Notes: generated from the sequence alone by a model not told the origin. Positions 46,704-57,136 are shown, counted from the first letter of the stretch. The stretch: 59,409 bases of DNA from Myxococcales bacterium LLY-WYZ-16_1 (GCA_031800475.1 DAPKRQ010000097.1:1-59409), one strand, 5' to 3'. A program made the numbers and translations.

Positions 46704-47078
46704 ATGAACAAGTCGGAACTCGTGGAGAAGCTCGCGGAACGGGCCAAGATCACCAAAAAGCGCGCCGAGCAGGTGGTCAACCTGGTCTTCGAGCAGATGA
46801 GCGACGCCCTCAAGCGGGGAGAGCGCATCGAAATTCGCGGTTTCGGCAGCTTCACCAGCAAGGCCTACGAGGCGTACACCGGCAGGAATCCCCGTACCGG
46901 CGAGACGATCCACGTCCCCGCCAAGCGACTGCCCTTCTTCAAAGTCGGCAAAGAGTTGAAGGAGCGGGTCGATTATCCCGTACAGTCCAGCGCCCAGACG
47001 CCCAGTTCGGCGTCGTCCAGTGCCAGCGATGAGTCCACCGACGACGCGCATCCCCACGACCGAACCAGCGTGGCCTGA
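46704..47078 (+). CDS. ihfB: Integration host factor beta / HU-family protein with Ser/Asp-rich tail
   Basis: MNKSEL, GERIEIRGFGSF, GRNPRTGE, PFFKVGKELKERV. Confidence 0.88.
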   Translation: MNKSELVEKLAERAKITKKRAEQVVNLVFEQMSDALKRGERIEIRGFGSFTSKAYEAYTGRNPRTGETIHVPAKRLPFFKVGKELKERVDYPVQSSAQTPSSASSSASDESTDDAHPHDRTSVA

Positions 47079-47124
47079 TCCGCCCGGCGCGGAGTCCGAA
47101 GGTCGACCTTTCGAGCCCGCCGGC

Positions 47125-48264
47125 GTGGCGGCGCCGACGGCCACGGAGACGGACGCGGAGCTGTCCGAACTGGCGGGTCGACGGGTCGCGGTGGCCCTGT
47201 CCGGGGGCGTGGACTCGGCTGTGGCGGCCCTGCGGCTGGTGCAGGCCGGGGCCGACGTGGTGGGTCTGTCTTTGCGCCTTCACGACCCGGACCCCGATCA
47301 TCCGATGGCCGATCGGGCCTGTTGCCCGCCGGACGATCTGCAGGATGCGCGGCGGATCGCCGAGGCGCTCGACATTCCGTTCTACGTGCTCGACGGCCGA
47401 AAGCAGTTCGACGGGGCGGTGGTGCGCCCCTTCGTGGGCGCCTATCTGTCCGGCCGGACACCGAATCCCTGCGTGGCCTGCAACGCTTTCGTGAAGCTCG
47501 AGCGGTTGGTGGGGCGGGCGAGGGCCCTCGGTTGCGAGCGGCTCGCCACCGGCCATTACGCCCGTTCGTTGCGGACCTCCAGCCCTTCGGGCGCCCGCTT
47601 GTTCGCCGGCGTGGACTCGGCAAAGGACCAGTCCTACTTTCTGTTTTCAACGCCGCCCGCGGTGTTGCGGGAGCTGTTTTTTCCCTTGGGGGCGTGGACG
47701 AAGGACCGGGTCCGGGAGGCGGCCCTCGCCGCCGGGCTTCCGGTGGCCCACAAGCTCGAAAGCCAGGAGGTGTGCTTCGTGGGCGGCAAGGGCGCCGGAT
47801 CCTTCGTGATGCGTCAGCCCGAGGCCCAAGGGGACCATGCCGGTCCGATCGTCGACCGCGAGGGACGGGTCGTCGGCCAGCACCCCGGGGTCATGCACTT
47901 CACGGTGGGACAGCGAAAAGGGCTCGGGGTGGCGGCGGGTGAGCGCCTGCACGTGCTGCGCATCCTGCCCGAGGACAAGACGGTGGTCGTCGGCACCGGG
48001 GACGACCTTCTGCAAAGCGGCTTGCGGGCCCACGGAGCGGTGTGGCCGGCCGGTGCTCCTTCGGGTCCGGTTCGAGCCCGGGTGCAGATCCGGTACCGGG
48101 ACCCGGGAACGCCGGCCACCGTGACACCGCTCCCGGGAGAGGACGGCGCGGTCGAGGTCCGCTTCGATCGGCCCGTCCGGGCCATCGCGCCTGGTCAGGC
48201 CACCGTGTTCCGGCTGGGTGACCAGGTGCTCGGCGGGGCCTTCATCGCGGAGGGGTTCGCTTGA
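47125..48264 (+). CDS. mnmA: tRNA 2-thiouridylase MnmA (start uncertain)
   Basis: ALSGGVDSAV, TPNPCVACN, ATGHYAR, KDQSYFL, ESQEVCF, FTVGQRKGLG, IAPGQ..VF. Confidence 0.93.
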   Translation: MAAPTATETDAELSELAGRRVAVALSGGVDSAVAALRLVQAGADVVGLSLRLHDPDPDHPMADRACCPPDDLQDARRIAEALDIPFYVLDGRKQFDGAVVRPFVGAYLSGRTPNPCVACNAFVKLERLVGRARALGCERLATGHYARSLRTSSPSGARLFAGVDSAKDQSYFLFSTPPAVLRELFFPLGAWTKDRVREAALAAGLPVAHKLESQEVCFVGGKGAGSFVMRQPEAQGDHAGPIVDREGRVVGQHPGVMHFTVGQRKGLGVAAGERLHVLRILPEDKTVVVGTGDDLLQSGLRAHGAVWPAGAPSGPVRARVQIRYRDPGTPATVTPLPGEDGAVEVRFDRPVRAIAPGQATVFRLGDQVLGGAFIAEGFA

Positions 48265-48941
48265 AGGACCCTACAGCGGCGCTCGCCGGCGCGCTGCACC
48301 ATGCGTTCGAACGACCCGAGCTCTTGACGGAAGCTTTGACCCATCGGTCCTTCGTGAACGAGTCCGACGCCCGGACCCACAACGAGCGGCTCGAGTTCCT
48401 GGGTGACGCGGTGCTGGACCTGGTGGTGTCCGAAGCGCTGATGGAGCGTTTCCCGGACGCCCGGGAAGGGCCGCTTTCCCGCATGCGGTCCCATCTGGTC
48501 AGCGAGCAAGGTCTGGCCCCGGTGGCGGAGCGCCTCGGCATCGGGCCGGCCTTGCGCCTGGGCCGGGGTGAGGAGCTTTCCGGCGGCCGCACCAAGCCGT
48601 CCGTGCTGGCGGACGCCCTCGAGGCGGTGGTGGCCGCGATCTATCTGGACGGAGGATTTCAGGCGGCCCGAGACGCGGTGCTTCGTTGGTTGGACCTGCC
48701 CGACGAGCGGATTTTGGCCGCGGGCGACGCCAAGAGCGCCTTGCAGCAACGGCTTCAGTCCGAGTTGGGCGCGACGCCGGAGTATCGCTTGGTCCAGCAG
48801 GTGGGACCGGACCACGAAAAGACCTTCGTGTCCGAAGTCTACATCCGGGGGGAGCGTCTGGCCGCTGGAGTGGGCCGGTCCAAAAAAGAAGCGGAGCAGC
48901 GCGCCGCGTCCCGAGCCCTGGAGTGCCTCGACGAAGCTTGA
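48261..48941 (+). CDS. rnc: Ribonuclease III
   Basis: ALTHRS, NERLEFLGDAVL, LADALEA, dsRBD DAKSALQQ...GPDH.K.F...SKKEAEQ. Confidence 0.96.
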   Translation: MKDPTAALAGALHHAFERPELLTEALTHRSFVNESDARTHNERLEFLGDAVLDLVVSEALMERFPDAREGPLSRMRSHLVSEQGLAPVAERLGIGPALRLGRGEELSGGRTKPSVLADALEAVVAAIYLDGGFQAARDAVLRWLDLPDERILAAGDAKSALQQRLQSELGATPEYRLVQQVGPDHEKTFVSEVYIRGERLAAGVGRSKKEAEQRAASRALECLDEA

Positions 48942-48974
48942 CGCAGGCCGAGGCCGTGGGCTTGGTAGGCGCCG

Positions 48975-49745
48975 ATGCGCGCGATCCCAACGTCATGCTG
49001 GATGCTGCTGGCCCTCTCGGGGGTCGTGGCTTGCCAAAACGAGGCCGCCCGAGCCGAGGGCGAAGGAAAAACCGAGAGCGAGGCGAGCTCCCGCCGCGAG
49101 GGCGCGGCGGGTCGGGGGAAGGGCTCCGGCTCTGGGGCCGAGGCTGCGGCGCCGTCAGCCGCGAAGAAGGGCGACCAGGTGCCCCACGAGATCTCGATCG
49201 AGGAGGCGACCGCCGGGCTCGAGGGAGACGGCCCCTTGATGGTGCGGATCGAGACCAACCACGGAACCATGGTGGCGGAGTTGTTCGAGGAGGAGGCTCC
49301 GCGGACCGTGGCAAACTTCGTGGGTCTGGCTCGGGGGGTTCGAAAGTTCCGAGACCCGCGGACCAAGGAGTGGGTCACCCGGCCGTTCTACGACGGACTC
49401 ACTTTTCACCGGGTGATGCCCAACTTCATGATCCAAGGCGGAGATCCGCTGGGTCGCGGCACGGGCGGACCGGGCTACGAGTTTCCCGATGAATTCGGCC
49501 CAGGGCTCGAACACACCGCCGGGACCTTGTCCATGGCCAACTCGGGCCCCGACACGAACGGTTCGCAGTTCTTCATCACCGAGGTCCCCACGCCCCATCT
49601 CAACGGGCGGCATGCCGTGTTCGGCCGGTTGACCAAGGGGCTCGACGTGGTTCGCAAGATCGCGCGATTGCCCTCGGATGGCCGCAACAAGCCCCAGGAG
49701 CCGGTGGTGATGGAGAAGGTGACGGTATTTCGAAAGAATGGCTGA
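48975..49745 (+). CDS. Cyclophilin-type peptidyl-prolyl isomerase lipoprotein
   Basis: VVA|C lipobox, [22 protein letters not shown]...[30 protein letters not shown]. Confidence 0.93.
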   Translation: MRAIPTSCWMLLALSGVVACQNEAARAEGEGKTESEASSRREGAAGRGKGSGSGAEAAAPSAAKKGDQVPHEISIEEATAGLEGDGPLMVRIETNHGTMVAELFEEEAPRTVANFVGLARGVRKFRDPRTKEWVTRPFYDGLTFHRVMPNFMIQGGDPLGRGTGGPGYEFPDEFGPGLEHTAGTLSMANSGPDTNGSQFFITEVPTPHLNGRHAVFGRLTKGLDVVRKIARLPSDGRNKPQEPVVMEKVTVFRKNG

Positions 49746-50913
49746 CCGTCCTCGCGCCGGTCGCCGGCCACGCGGGCGGACCCGCACCTCGTCATACTCC
49801 CGGTCGAAGCCCCCACGTCCCGAGCATCCGCCGGCCGAACTCTCCAAGCGAGCCCGAGAGCTCGAGCATCGACCCTCCCCGAGGACCTCCCATCGACCGG
49901 TCGAACCGGATCTCTCGCAAGAGGGGGCGTTTCACGCTGGGTTCGTGGCGCTGGTCGGCCGGCCCAACGTGGGCAAGTCGACGATTCTCAACCGCCTGTT
50001 GGGGCGAAAGCTGGCGCCGACCACCCACAAGCCCCAGACCACCCGACTGAACGTACTCGGGGTCCTGAATCCTCCTGGCGCACAGATCTGCTTGCTGGAT
50101 ACGCCCGGACACCACGAGGCGAAGGGTCCACTCAACCGATTCATGGTCCAACAGGCCGAGCAGGCTTTCGCCGACGCCGATGTGGTGGCCTACGTCGTCG
50201 AAGCACGGCCCCATGGTCGGATCAGTCCCGGAAACCAGCGGATCGTGCGCCTGCTCCAAAGGCTCGACAAGCCGATCGTGGTGGCGGTCAACAAGGTGGA
50301 CCGTCTCGAGGACAAGACGGCGCTGCTGGTTCAGCTCGAGTCCTACGCCGAGGCCTTGAACCCGGCAGCGGTCGTGCCCGTTTCGGCCAAACGGAACAGC
50401 GGGCTCGAACGGCTGGTTCGAGAGTTGGGCATGGCTCTTCCAGAGGGCGAGCCGCTGTACGACTCCGAGACCCTCACCGATCGCCCAGAGCGCTTCATCG
50501 TGGCCGAGCTCATTCGGGAGAAGGTCATCTTGGAGACCGAGCAAGAGCTTCCCTACGCGGCGGCCGTCACCGTGGAGTCCTTCGAGGACGAGCGACCGCG
50601 TCTGGTCCGCATCGAAGCCACCATTCACGTCGAACGCCAAAACCAAAAAGGGATCGTGATCGGAAAAGGCGGCGAGCGGCTGCGCTCCATCGGCATCCGA
50701 GCGAGACGAGAGCTCGAAGCGTTCCTGGGGGCCAAGGTGCACCTGGAGCAGCGGGTGAAGGTGAGCCGGGATTGGTCGAGCAATCCCGCCCGTCTCGCGA
50801 ACCTGGGGTACACCTCCGACGGGGCATCTGCCGGAGCCATCCCGCTGGAGCCGGAGGCGATCGAGGAGTTGGTCCGGGCCATGCAGGTCCCGGCCGAGGA
50901 GGACGATCCATGA
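49738..50913 (+). CDS. era: GTPase Era with N- and C-terminal extensions
   Basis: [31 protein letters not shown] domain [16 protein letters not shown]. Confidence 0.93.
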   Translation: MADRPRAGRRPRGRTRTSSYSRSKPPRPEHPPAELSKRARELEHRPSPRTSHRPVEPDLSQEGAFHAGFVALVGRPNVGKSTILNRLLGRKLAPTTHKPQTTRLNVLGVLNPPGAQICLLDTPGHHEAKGPLNRFMVQQAEQAFADADVVAYVVEARPHGRISPGNQRIVRLLQRLDKPIVVAVNKVDRLEDKTALLVQLESYAEALNPAAVVPVSAKRNSGLERLVRELGMALPEGEPLYDSETLTDRPERFIVAELIREKVILETEQELPYAAAVTVESFEDERPRLVRIEATIHVERQNQKGIVIGKGGERLRSIGIRARRELEAFLGAKVHLEQRVKVSRDWSSNPARLANLGYTSDGASAGAIPLEPEAIEELVRAMQVPAEEDDP

Positions 50914-52514
50914 TGGGGGTTCGGCCGGTCGTGGCCATCGTGGGACGGCCCAACGTCGGTAAGTCATCTCTATTCAACCGACTGATTCGCTCGAAGCGAA
51001 GCATCGTGGCTGATCAGCCCGGTGTGACCCGAGATCGGATATATGCAGAAGCCGAACTCGAAGGTGATCGAGTGGATCGTGCGGTCGTTTTGGTGGATAC
51101 GGGTGGATTCGACCCGGAGTCCGATGACCCGATCATGCGCCGGGTTCTAGAGCAAACCCAGCTCGCAATCGACGAGTCCGACGTGGTCGTGTTCGTGACC
51201 GACGGTCGAGCCGGGCTCCTTCCCGAAGACCAAGAGGTGGGACGGCGCTTGATTCGAGCCGGCAAAGAGGTGGTGGTCGGAGTCAACAAGCTAGACGGTC
51301 CCCAGCACGATGACCTGCTGTCGGAGTTTCATCGCATGGGATTCGACGCCGTCTTTCCGATCAGCGCAGCCCATGGCCGAAACGTGGGAGAGTTGATGGC
51401 GGAGGTCGTCGAGCGACTCGCCGAAATGGAGGGGACGGGGGATTCGTTCCTTTCTGCCGAGGCCGAGACGGTGGTCAGCGATGCGGACGGCGAGCCAGAT
51501 CCGTCCCTGGAACTCGACGGGCCCGTCGAGTCGACTGCGGAGGGAGCGCCCACCCACGTGGACGAGCCGGATCGACCGATCCGGGTGTCGGTGATCGGCC
51601 GTCCGAACGTGGGCAAGAGCTCCTTGGTCAATCGGCTCTTGGGAGAAGACCGGCACCTCGTGTCGGACGTGGCGGGGACCACGGTGGACAGCATCGATTC
51701 GAGCGTGACGTGGCGCGACCGGACCTTCGTGTTCGTGGACACGGCGGGTATTCGGCGCAAGCGTTCCATTGCATCCCGGGTGGAGCGGTTCAGTGTTTTT
51801 GCCGCGCTCAAGGGCATCGACCGCTCCGACGTTGCCTTGCTTCTTCTCGACGCCACCCAGCCCATCTCGAATCAGGATGCCAAGGTGTCGGCCTATGCAG
51901 GCGAGCGAGGCCGAGCGGTGATCCTGGTGGTCTCCAAGTGGGACGCGATGGGGGGCACGGGTCGAAAGGCTTTCGAGCAAGGGCTGCGCCAGGAACTGCC
52001 TCACCTGGCGCACGCGCCCGTCGTCTTCACTTCGTCGCATACCGGGCAGGGCCTGGAACGGCTGTTGCCGGCCGTGGCGAAGGTTCACAGGGAGTTCGGC
52101 CGGCGGGTGTCTACGGGGGCACTCAATCGATTCGTCCAACAAATCATGGAACATCACCCCCCGCCGTCGAAGAAGGGTAAGTCCGCTCGTATCTATTACA
52201 TGAGCCAGGTCGATGTTCGACCGCCCCGTTTCATGGTTTCGGTCAACAACCCGCAGCTGATGCACTTCAGTTATACTCGGTACCTTCAGAATGCGCTGCG
52301 CAAGGCCTATGGATTCGACGGCGTACCTCTGTTGATCCACTACCGTTCGCACAAAGGCGACAGGGACGGTCCGTCGAAGCTGCGTGAGCCGGGAAAGGCT
52401 CGGGCGGCTCGTCACCCGGCAAAACGAGCGACCGCCGCCAAGCGGGCCCAAAAAGCCGGCAAGAAGGCTTTATCGAGCAAGGCACGCAGGGGGAGGCCGG
52501 ACCCCGACCGCTGA
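50910..52514 (+). CDS. der: Ribosome biogenesis GTPase Der (EngA)
   Basis: ATGA overlap with era; two GTPase domains (GRPNVGKSS twice, DTGG/DTAG, NKLD/SKWD) and a KH-like C-terminus. Confidence 0.95.
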   Translation: MMGVRPVVAIVGRPNVGKSSLFNRLIRSKRSIVADQPGVTRDRIYAEAELEGDRVDRAVVLVDTGGFDPESDDPIMRRVLEQTQLAIDESDVVVFVTDGRAGLLPEDQEVGRRLIRAGKEVVVGVNKLDGPQHDDLLSEFHRMGFDAVFPISAAHGRNVGELMAEVVERLAEMEGTGDSFLSAEAETVVSDADGEPDPSLELDGPVESTAEGAPTHVDEPDRPIRVSVIGRPNVGKSSLVNRLLGEDRHLVSDVAGTTVDSIDSSVTWRDRTFVFVDTAGIRRKRSIASRVERFSVFAALKGIDRSDVALLLLDATQPISNQDAKVSAYAGERGRAVILVVSKWDAMGGTGRKAFEQGLRQELPHLAHAPVVFTSSHTGQGLERLLPAVAKVHREFGRRVSTGALNRFVQQIMEHHPPPSKKGKSARIYYMSQVDVRPPRFMVSVNNPQLMHFSYTRYLQNALRKAYGFDGVPLLIHYRSHKGDRDGPSKLREPGKARAARHPAKRATAAKRAQKAGKKALSSKARRGRPDPDR

Positions 52515-52525
52515 GGATCGGTCGG
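52504..52525 (+). terminator. Hairpin spanning the der stop codon
   Basis: CCGACCG-ctgaggat-CGGTCGG; no U-tract. Confidence 0.3.
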
Positions 52526-52785
52526 CAGTCTGCAGTGGGGAGGGGCCGCGTCGAGGCTGGGGCCGCCCGGGGATGGGCCTTTGGACGGAGCTTTTGGCTG
52601 TTCACGGATCCTCGACACGGCTGCGCGATCCTTTGCGGCCCGCTTTCAGTCGTACCGGTGGAGCCCGGCAACAGAGATGAAATCGTTCAAAACCAGGAGC
52701 TTGGCGCGGTGCGTCACCATGGCTCGAACGTGCAATGTCTGTTGCGGATCCAGCTCCTTTCTTTTCAGGTCGAGGGGGATAACCG

Positions 52786-53640
52786 GTGTTCATCGAGGCG
52801 TCGAAAGTCGCGGAAGACGAAGACCCTTGGGGCTCGGAAGACGACCCCCAGCGCCCGGTCGAACGGGTCCAACGGGTGGAATGGGTGGCCGGGGCGGTCC
52901 AGCCCGCATCGGATACGTTGGTTCGAGAAGAGCCCCTCGAAATCCGGGTGAACGGTGTCTCGGTCGCCGTTCTCATGCGTACGCCGGGCCACGACGTCGA
53001 CCTGGTCCGAGGCTTTCTGCGGACCGAAGGGGTCGTGGAGGATTTGGCGAGCGTTCGGAGCATCCGGCACTGTGACGTGGTCGACGACCCGGAATCCGAG
53101 GGCAACGTGGTCCGAGTCGGGTTCGATGGTCACTTGGACATCGAGCGCTTCCGCCGGAACATGTTCGCCAGTTCCAGCTGCGGGATCTGCGGAAAAGCCT
53201 CGATCACTCGAGCTCTGGAAGTAGCAAAGCCATTCGAACGACCGGCGTCGATCGACGTGGAACGACTTCTGGCCGTGATGCCGAGAATGCGAGACGAGCA
53301 AGTGGTCTTTGGTCGAACGGGGGGGCTCCATGCTGCCGCCGCCTTCGATGGGGATGGGCGGATCGTCGTACTTCGGGAGGACGTGGGACGCCACAATGCG
53401 GTCGACAAAGTGGCGGGGGCGCTGTCGCAGACCGACCAAAGCCCTGCAGGACTGGCGGTGTCGGGTCGCGTTTCTTTCGAAATCGTGCAAAAGGCACTGG
53501 CAGCCCGTTTGCCGGTGGTGGTGGCCGTTTCGGCACCATCTTCTCTCGCCGTTCGTCTCGCCCGACAAGTCAACATGACTGTGGTCGGTTTCGCTCGAGG
53601 CCAGCGTGCGGTGGTGTTCTCCGGAGAGATCGTGGAGTGA
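52786..53640 (+). CDS. fdhD: Formate dehydrogenase accessory sulfurtransferase FdhD
   Basis: EEPLEI, MRTPGHD, SSCGICGK, TGGLHAAA, REDVGRHNAVDK, SGRVSFEIVQK, SAPSSLAV. Confidence 0.93.
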   Translation: MFIEASKVAEDEDPWGSEDDPQRPVERVQRVEWVAGAVQPASDTLVREEPLEIRVNGVSVAVLMRTPGHDVDLVRGFLRTEGVVEDLASVRSIRHCDVVDDPESEGNVVRVGFDGHLDIERFRRNMFASSSCGICGKASITRALEVAKPFERPASIDVERLLAVMPRMRDEQVVFGRTGGLHAAAAFDGDGRIVVLREDVGRHNAVDKVAGALSQTDQSPAGLAVSGRVSFEIVQKALAARLPVVVAVSAPSSLAVRLARQVNMTVVGFARGQRAVVFSGEIVE

Positions 53641-53644
53641 GACG

Positions 53645-56002
53645 ATGACGAGCGTGGACAAACCAGACCGGGTCGTGGCCCCTGCAACCGAGGAGCCGGA
53701 GCGGCTCGTGCCGGCCGAAGCGGGAGCGCCCCGGGTATCCAGAAAACCAACCAGCGCGGCGGGGGTTCCGGCCGTGCTGTCGTCCATGGCCTACACCTGG
53801 AAGGAAGCCGGGACCCGCGGGCGGGCCTTGCTCCGGCTGAACCAGCAGGGAGGATTCGATTGTCCCAGCTGCGCCTGGCCCGACCCGAAGGACCGGGCAG
53901 TTGCCGAGTTTTGTGAAAACGGGGCCCGCGCCGTGGCGGACGAGGCCACGACGAAGCGGGTCGACCGTCACTTCTTCGCGACCCACTCCGTGGCGGAGCT
54001 CCTGCAGAGGTCGGACCACTGGTTGAACGACCAAGGGCGCATTACCGAGCCCATGGTGCGGTGGCCCGGAGCGACCCACTACGAGCCGATCTCGTGGGAT
54101 GCGGCTATCGAGTCCTTGGCCGAACACATCCGGAAGTTGGATTCGCCGGACGAAGCGATCTTCTACACCTCGGGCAGGGCTTCGAACGAGGCGGCGTTTC
54201 TGTATCAGCTCTTCGCTCGGGAGTTGGGGACCAACAATCTACCGGACTGCTCCAACATGTGCCACGAGTCCAGCGGCGCGGGGCTGGGACGCAGTATCGG
54301 CGTGGGCAAAGGTACGGTGACACTCGAGGACTTCGACCACGCCGACGTCATCGTGGTGATCGGTCAAAATCCGGGTACGAATCACCCTCGCATGCTGAGC
54401 GCCCTTCAGCAGGCCAAGAAGCGAGGTGCAAAAATCATTTCGATCAATCCGCTGGAAGAGGTTGGTCTCGTTCGCTTCAAACATCCACAGAAGGTGGTCG
54501 ATGTTTTCGGTCCCGGGACCAAACTGTGCGACCTGCACCTGCCGGTGCGCGTTGGAGGGGACTTGGCGCTGCTGATGGGTATCCAGAAGCAGATGCTGAA
54601 AATGGAGCGAGAGCGCCCGGGCTCGGTCCTGGATGCGGAGTTTCTCCGCGACCAGACCGACGGCTTCGCGCACTTCGAGCGGAGCGTGCTCGCCCTGGAC
54701 GACGAGCGGGCGGTGCGCGACAGCGGCATTTCGTTGGAGTTGATGCAGAGAGCGGCGCAGATGCTGGCGTCTTCGAAAGCGACGATCTGCTGCTGGGCCA
54801 TGGGAATCACCCAGCACGAAAACGGGGTGGCCAACGTGCAAGCCGTGGTCAACCTGCTCCTGATGGGGGGGCACTTCGGTCGCCCCGGCGCGGGAGCTTG
54901 TCCCGTCCGAGGTCACAGTAACGTCCAGGGAGATCGGACGGTCGGGGTTTGGGAGGTACCGCCGAACTGGGCTCCTCGAATGGAATCCGAGTTCGGGTTC
55001 CGAGTGCCACGTGAGAAGGGCTTCGATGTAGTGGCTTCCATCGAAGCGATGAAAGAGGGGCGAGCACGAGTGTTCTTCGCGCTCGGCGGCAACTTCCTCA
55101 GCGCAACGCCTGACACCGCTGAGGTTGCCGAAGGGCTGCGGAAGATGGAAGTGACGGCGCACGTGTCCACCAAGCTGAACCGAGCCCACTTGGTGACGGG
55201 AAAGACGGCGTTCATCTTGCCGTGCCTCGGTCGGACCGAGCGGGACCTGCAGCCGAGTGGTCCGCAGTTCGTCACGGTCGAAAACTCGATGGGCATCGTC
55301 AGCCGGTCCGAGGGGAAGCTGACGCCAGCGTCGGATCGGCTGCTGTCGGAAACCCGAATCGTCGCTTGGCTGGCTGAGCAGACCTTGGGACCTCGCTCGC
55401 AGGTGCCTTGGCGGGATTTCGCGGACGACTACGACCGGATTCGAGATGCCATCGAGCGTGTGGTCCCGGGCTTTGAACGCTACAACCAGCGGGTCCGGGA
55501 ACCGAACGGGTTCGCCTTGCCCAATCCCGTCCGGGAGGGGCGGTTTCCCACGCGGTCGGGTCGGGGGCACTTCGTGGTTCATCCGCTGCCGGACTTGGCA
55601 CTCACGGCAGGGCGGTTCTGGCTGACCACGATACGCAGTCACGATCAGTTCAACACCACGGTGTACGACCTGAACGACCGGTATCGGGGGATTTTCGGAC
55701 ACCGGTACGTGGTTTTGATGCACCCGGAAGACGTCGAAGCCCATGGGCTGTCGAAGGGACGTCGGGTGCGGATTCGGAGTCACTTCAAAGGAACCCAGCG
55801 CTCCATCGAAGGATTCACCGTGATTCCCTACGACATTCCACGCGGGAACGTGGCTTGCTATTTTCCCGAGGCCAATCCGTTGGTGCCGGTCGATTCCCAT
55901 GCTGCCGTCAGTCGCACACCCACCTCGAAGCGGGTTGAGGTCTCGATCGAGGCCCTGCCCGACGCCGTGGCGGTGCCGTCCCCAGCTTCGAGTGCCGGAT
56001 GA
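53645..56002 (+). CDS. FdhF/YdeP-family molybdopterin oxidoreductase
   Basis: GFDCPSCAWPD, FCENG, YTSGRASNE, NNLPDCSNMCHES, GQNPGTNHPRM, RGHSNVQGDRT, RSHDQFNTTVY, YFPEANPLVP; Cys ligand, no Sec. Confidence 0.93.
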   Translation: MTSVDKPDRVVAPATEEPERLVPAEAGAPRVSRKPTSAAGVPAVLSSMAYTWKEAGTRGRALLRLNQQGGFDCPSCAWPDPKDRAVAEFCENGARAVADEATTKRVDRHFFATHSVAELLQRSDHWLNDQGRITEPMVRWPGATHYEPISWDAAIESLAEHIRKLDSPDEAIFYTSGRASNEAAFLYQLFARELGTNNLPDCSNMCHESSGAGLGRSIGVGKGTVTLEDFDHADVIVVIGQNPGTNHPRMLSALQQAKKRGAKIISINPLEEVGLVRFKHPQKVVDVFGPGTKLCDLHLPVRVGGDLALLMGIQKQMLKMERERPGSVLDAEFLRDQTDGFAHFERSVLALDDERAVRDSGISLELMQRAAQMLASSKATICCWAMGITQHENGVANVQAVVNLLLMGGHFGRPGAGACPVRGHSNVQGDRTVGVWEVPPNWAPRMESEFGFRVPREKGFDVVASIEAMKEGRARVFFALGGNFLSATPDTAEVAEGLRKMEVTAHVSTKLNRAHLVTGKTAFILPCLGRTERDLQPSGPQFVTVENSMGIVSRSEGKLTPASDRLLSETRIVAWLAEQTLGPRSQVPWRDFADDYDRIRDAIERVVPGFERYNQRVREPNGFALPNPVREGRFPTRSGRGHFVVHPLPDLALTAGRFWLTTIRSHDQFNTTVYDLNDRYRGIFGHRYVVLMHPEDVEAHGLSKGRRVRIRSHFKGTQRSIEGFTVIPYDIPRGNVACYFPEANPLVPVDSHAAVSRTPTSKRVEVSIEALPDAVAVPSPASSAG

Positions 56003-56116
56003 ACGAAAGAGGGCGGTCGGATGCCGGTCCGATCGTCTTGGTTCTCCCGGGGATGCCCCGGCTGGGCCTGTTCTTCGTCGGGGTCTTCGGCTTTTCGACG
56101 GTGGCCGCGACGCATT

Positions 56117-56713
56117 TCAGAGCAACCCGCGTCGATTCAGATCTCCCCGGAGCCGCGCCGGACCTTCGAAACGAATTCCATCCAACCCCACCTGACGGGC
56201 ACCCTCTACGTTGGCGGCGACATCATCGATGAAAACGCCGTGCTCGGGTCGAAGACGGTTTCTCCGCAAGAGTGCCAGGTAGACTTCGGGGTGGGGCTTC
56301 ACCAAACCCTCTCGGCCCGAAACCAAGATGTCCTGAAAGCGCTGCAGGAAAGAAAAGCGACGTTCGGCGTGGTGAAAGGTCTCTGCAGACCAATTCGTGA
56401 GTGCGTACAGAGGGACGCCCCGCGCATCCAGGGTTTCCAGGAGCGTCACGGTACCTTCGATCGGGCCCCCGAGCATTTCGGGCCAGCGCTCGAAGTACGC
56501 CCGCAGCCAGGGCCCATCGTCGGGGAAATCGACCGCACGCTCCGCAATCGCATCGGCGAAGGGCTTGCCCGCGTCCATCTTCGCATTCCATTCCGGGGTG
56601 GCCACCTCACCCAAGAATCGCTCCATTTCGGCGGCCGGCATCAGCTTGCGAAACAGATGCCGCGGGTTCCAGTCCACGAGAACGCCACCCAGGTCGAAAA
56701 CCACGTACTTCAC
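56117..56713 (-). CDS. HAD-superfamily phosphatase
   Basis: VVFDLGGVLVDW, ALTNW, KPHPEVY, FIDD...NV.GA. Confidence 0.92.
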   Translation of the reverse strand: MKYVVFDLGGVLVDWNPRHLFRKLMPAAEMERFLGEVATPEWNAKMDAGKPFADAIAERAVDFPDDGPWLRAYFERWPEMLGGPIEGTVTLLETLDARGVPLYALTNWSAETFHHAERRFSFLQRFQDILVSGREGLVKPHPEVYLALLRRNRLRPEHGVFIDDVAANVEGARQVGLDGIRFEGPARLRGDLNRRGLL

Positions 56714-56797
56714 ACCCGGCCCATGCCCTCGATTTCCGCCGGCCTCAAGGACGACTCGATCCTGACAGGGCGCCTGGATTCTGCTAGCCCTCCCGCC

Positions 56798-57133
56798 ATG
56801 TCCACGAGCGATCTGGCAAAAAAGTCCTGTGTTCCGTGCAAAGGAGGGGTTCCGCCGCTCAAGGGAAAGGATCTCGAGGCGTTGGCCGCCCAACTGCCCG
56901 AATGGACGGTCGTTGAGGAGCATCACCTGCATCGGGAGTACAGCTTTCCCAACTTCGCCAAGGCGCTACAATTCGTGAATCGAGTGGGTGAAGTGGCGGA
57001 AAAGGAGGGTCATCACCCCGACATCTGGTTCACCTGGGGCAAGGTGAAGATCGACATTCTAACCCACGCCATCGACGGGCTCACCGAAAGCGATTTCGTC
57101 TTGGCAGCGAAGATCGAAGAATTGCCTCGTTGA
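56798..57133 (+). CDS. Pterin-4a-carbinolamine dehydratase (PCD/PhhB family)
   Basis: CVPCKGG, F.NF..AL.FVN, AEKEGHHPD, THAIDGLTESDF.LAAKI. Confidence 0.92.
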   Translation: MSTSDLAKKSCVPCKGGVPPLKGKDLEALAAQLPEWTVVEEHHLHREYSFPNFAKALQFVNRVGEVAEKEGHHPDIWFTWGKVKIDILTHAIDGLTESDFVLAAKIEELPR

Positions 57134-57136
57134 CCC

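Noticed and set aside
52720-52735. Sigma54-like TGGCTCGAACGTGCAA upstream of fdhD
   Set aside because: GG-to-GC spacing is one base short, and sigma54 spacing is strict.
53645-56002. Selenocysteine formate dehydrogenase
   Set aside because: No in-frame TGA; the ligand is Cys (NMCHES) and the sequence is YdeP-type.
55999-56232. 77-aa ORF coupled (ATGA) to the ydeP stop
   Set aside because: Half of it overlaps the HAD gene antisense and it has no recognisable motif; probably a chance ORF.
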